Assembly (NCBI RefSeq): GCF_006345805.1
Contig: NW_021831709.1
Coordinates: 1-34,466 of the forward strand
Length of the DNA stretch: 34,466 nt
DNA from: Octopus sinensis
Taxonomy: Eukaryota
Reading direction: 5' to 3'
Part shown: in pieces, positions 33,459-34,466 of the stretch
Position numbering within the stretch: the first letter of the stretch is position 1
Layout: each line of letters opens with the position of its first letter
Program-made: the position numbers and the translations under genes
Notes under the pieces: model-generated
Seen by the model: the letters and a program-made list of their open reading frames with translations, nothing else
Told to the model about the DNA's origin: nothing
The model's database searches: none

Positions 33459-34466
33459 AATATTTAGTTTAATTACAGTATGTTGACTTCTAGTTTGGGA
33501 AAACCAGTTACCAGTGACCAGGAAAGGCTTTGGGACCAAAGATTCCTGGTGATCAATGCTGTACTTGTATGTGGAAATTTGGCTGCTATTTCTAGCTTGT
33601 AGGTCAATTACTGTTAATGGTGATAACGATATAATGTTTTTAATTAGCCCCAGATCAGTTTTGAGCTTTTATACATTTCATCAAACATTCCAGTTATGAC
33701 TCTCTCTTTCCATTTTTTTTATTTTTAGACCAAATTTATCTAGGACTACATTTTTTAATGTGATCTTTTGTTTTTCTTTTCTGTATTTTTAAAGTCGCAT
33801 TTAAGGGAGATTTGACTGCTATTTTTAGCATTTGAAACAACTACATACAAGTCCTCTTTGTTGTCTTGAATACGTTTTTGGTGTGCAGCCTTTTTTTTTT
33901 TTTCTTTTAGTGATTATATTCTCATGTTTATGATCCCATAACTTAGCAGTCTGGCAAAAGAAATCAATAAAATAAGTACGAGACTTTAAAAAAAATAAAG
34001 TACTGGGGTCGACTGAAAATTTTTCAAAGCAATGCCCCAGCATGGCCTTAGTCGAATAACTGAAATGAGTGAGAGATAAAAGAAGGATATTTCTTTGGTC
34101 TGTTAACAAAGAATAAAGTACCAGTTGTATACTTGGGTCTGTCTCAGTAGATACTTCATTCCCTCCATCGTGGAACACATGTTTGTTATATGAGAATTAA
34201 TAACAGAGCAGAGGATTGTAGCTTTTATACAGACGCCAGACCTGCTAGAAATAGCAGCCAAAAACCGTCCTTATCCCACTATAAATGCCATCATAACAGT
34301 CATCATCATAGCTTTTGTCTTTGCATAAGATTAACACACATCATCCCAACTCCGCGAGGAATATCTATCCAAGGCAGGATTTTGGTTTTCCAACCCGCCC
34401 CACCCCCACTATGCTGCTACCACACACACACACAGTCAAACACTCCCCATTCTCTCTCTCTCTCCT

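Noticed and set aside
874-34178. Supplied ORFs, including recurrent QSFDCGHAGA, YQIHSQG and RKDERQ peptides and YI/CV repeats
   Set aside because: They are translations of SINE families A, B and D and of microsatellites. No recognisable cellular protein is present.
34244-34256. GCTAGAAATAGCA matches the engineered SpCas9 sgRNA tetraloop region
   Set aside because: Only 13 nt match. It belongs to an old dispersed repeat motif (reverse copies near 15642, 33579 and 33811), and the rest of the scaffold is absent.

Overview
AT-rich eukaryotic DNA, most likely a coleoid cephalopod (Octopus-like). This is inferred from the recurring tRNA-derived SINE families and the dense (TA)n/(TG)n/(AAT)n microsatellites. 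No intact protein-coding gene, rRNA, true tRNA or CRISPR array is supported, and the supplied ORFs are readings through SINEs and microsatellites. The window is a mosaic of: four tRNA-headed or RTE-tailed SINE families; decayed LINE 3' ends (RTE/Expander-like and R4/Dong-like); Penelope-type fragments carrying minimal hammerhead-ribozyme motifs; and Merlin-, hAT-, mariner-, Helitron- and Helentron-type non-autonomous DNA elements. The standout is an array of ten 64-nt hairpins at 21218-22522 with conserved arms and variable loops and spacers, a candidate tandem microRNA/small-RNA cluster. Other notable signals are a ~1 kb inversion revealed by a split MITE sharing one TSD, stereotyped SINE multimers with a local parent-daughter pair, modular SINE tail swapping, and a CpG-rich to CpG-poor transition near 17 kb that suggests a promoter followed by a methylated gene body. 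Family assignments come from recalled consensus motifs, not database searches.
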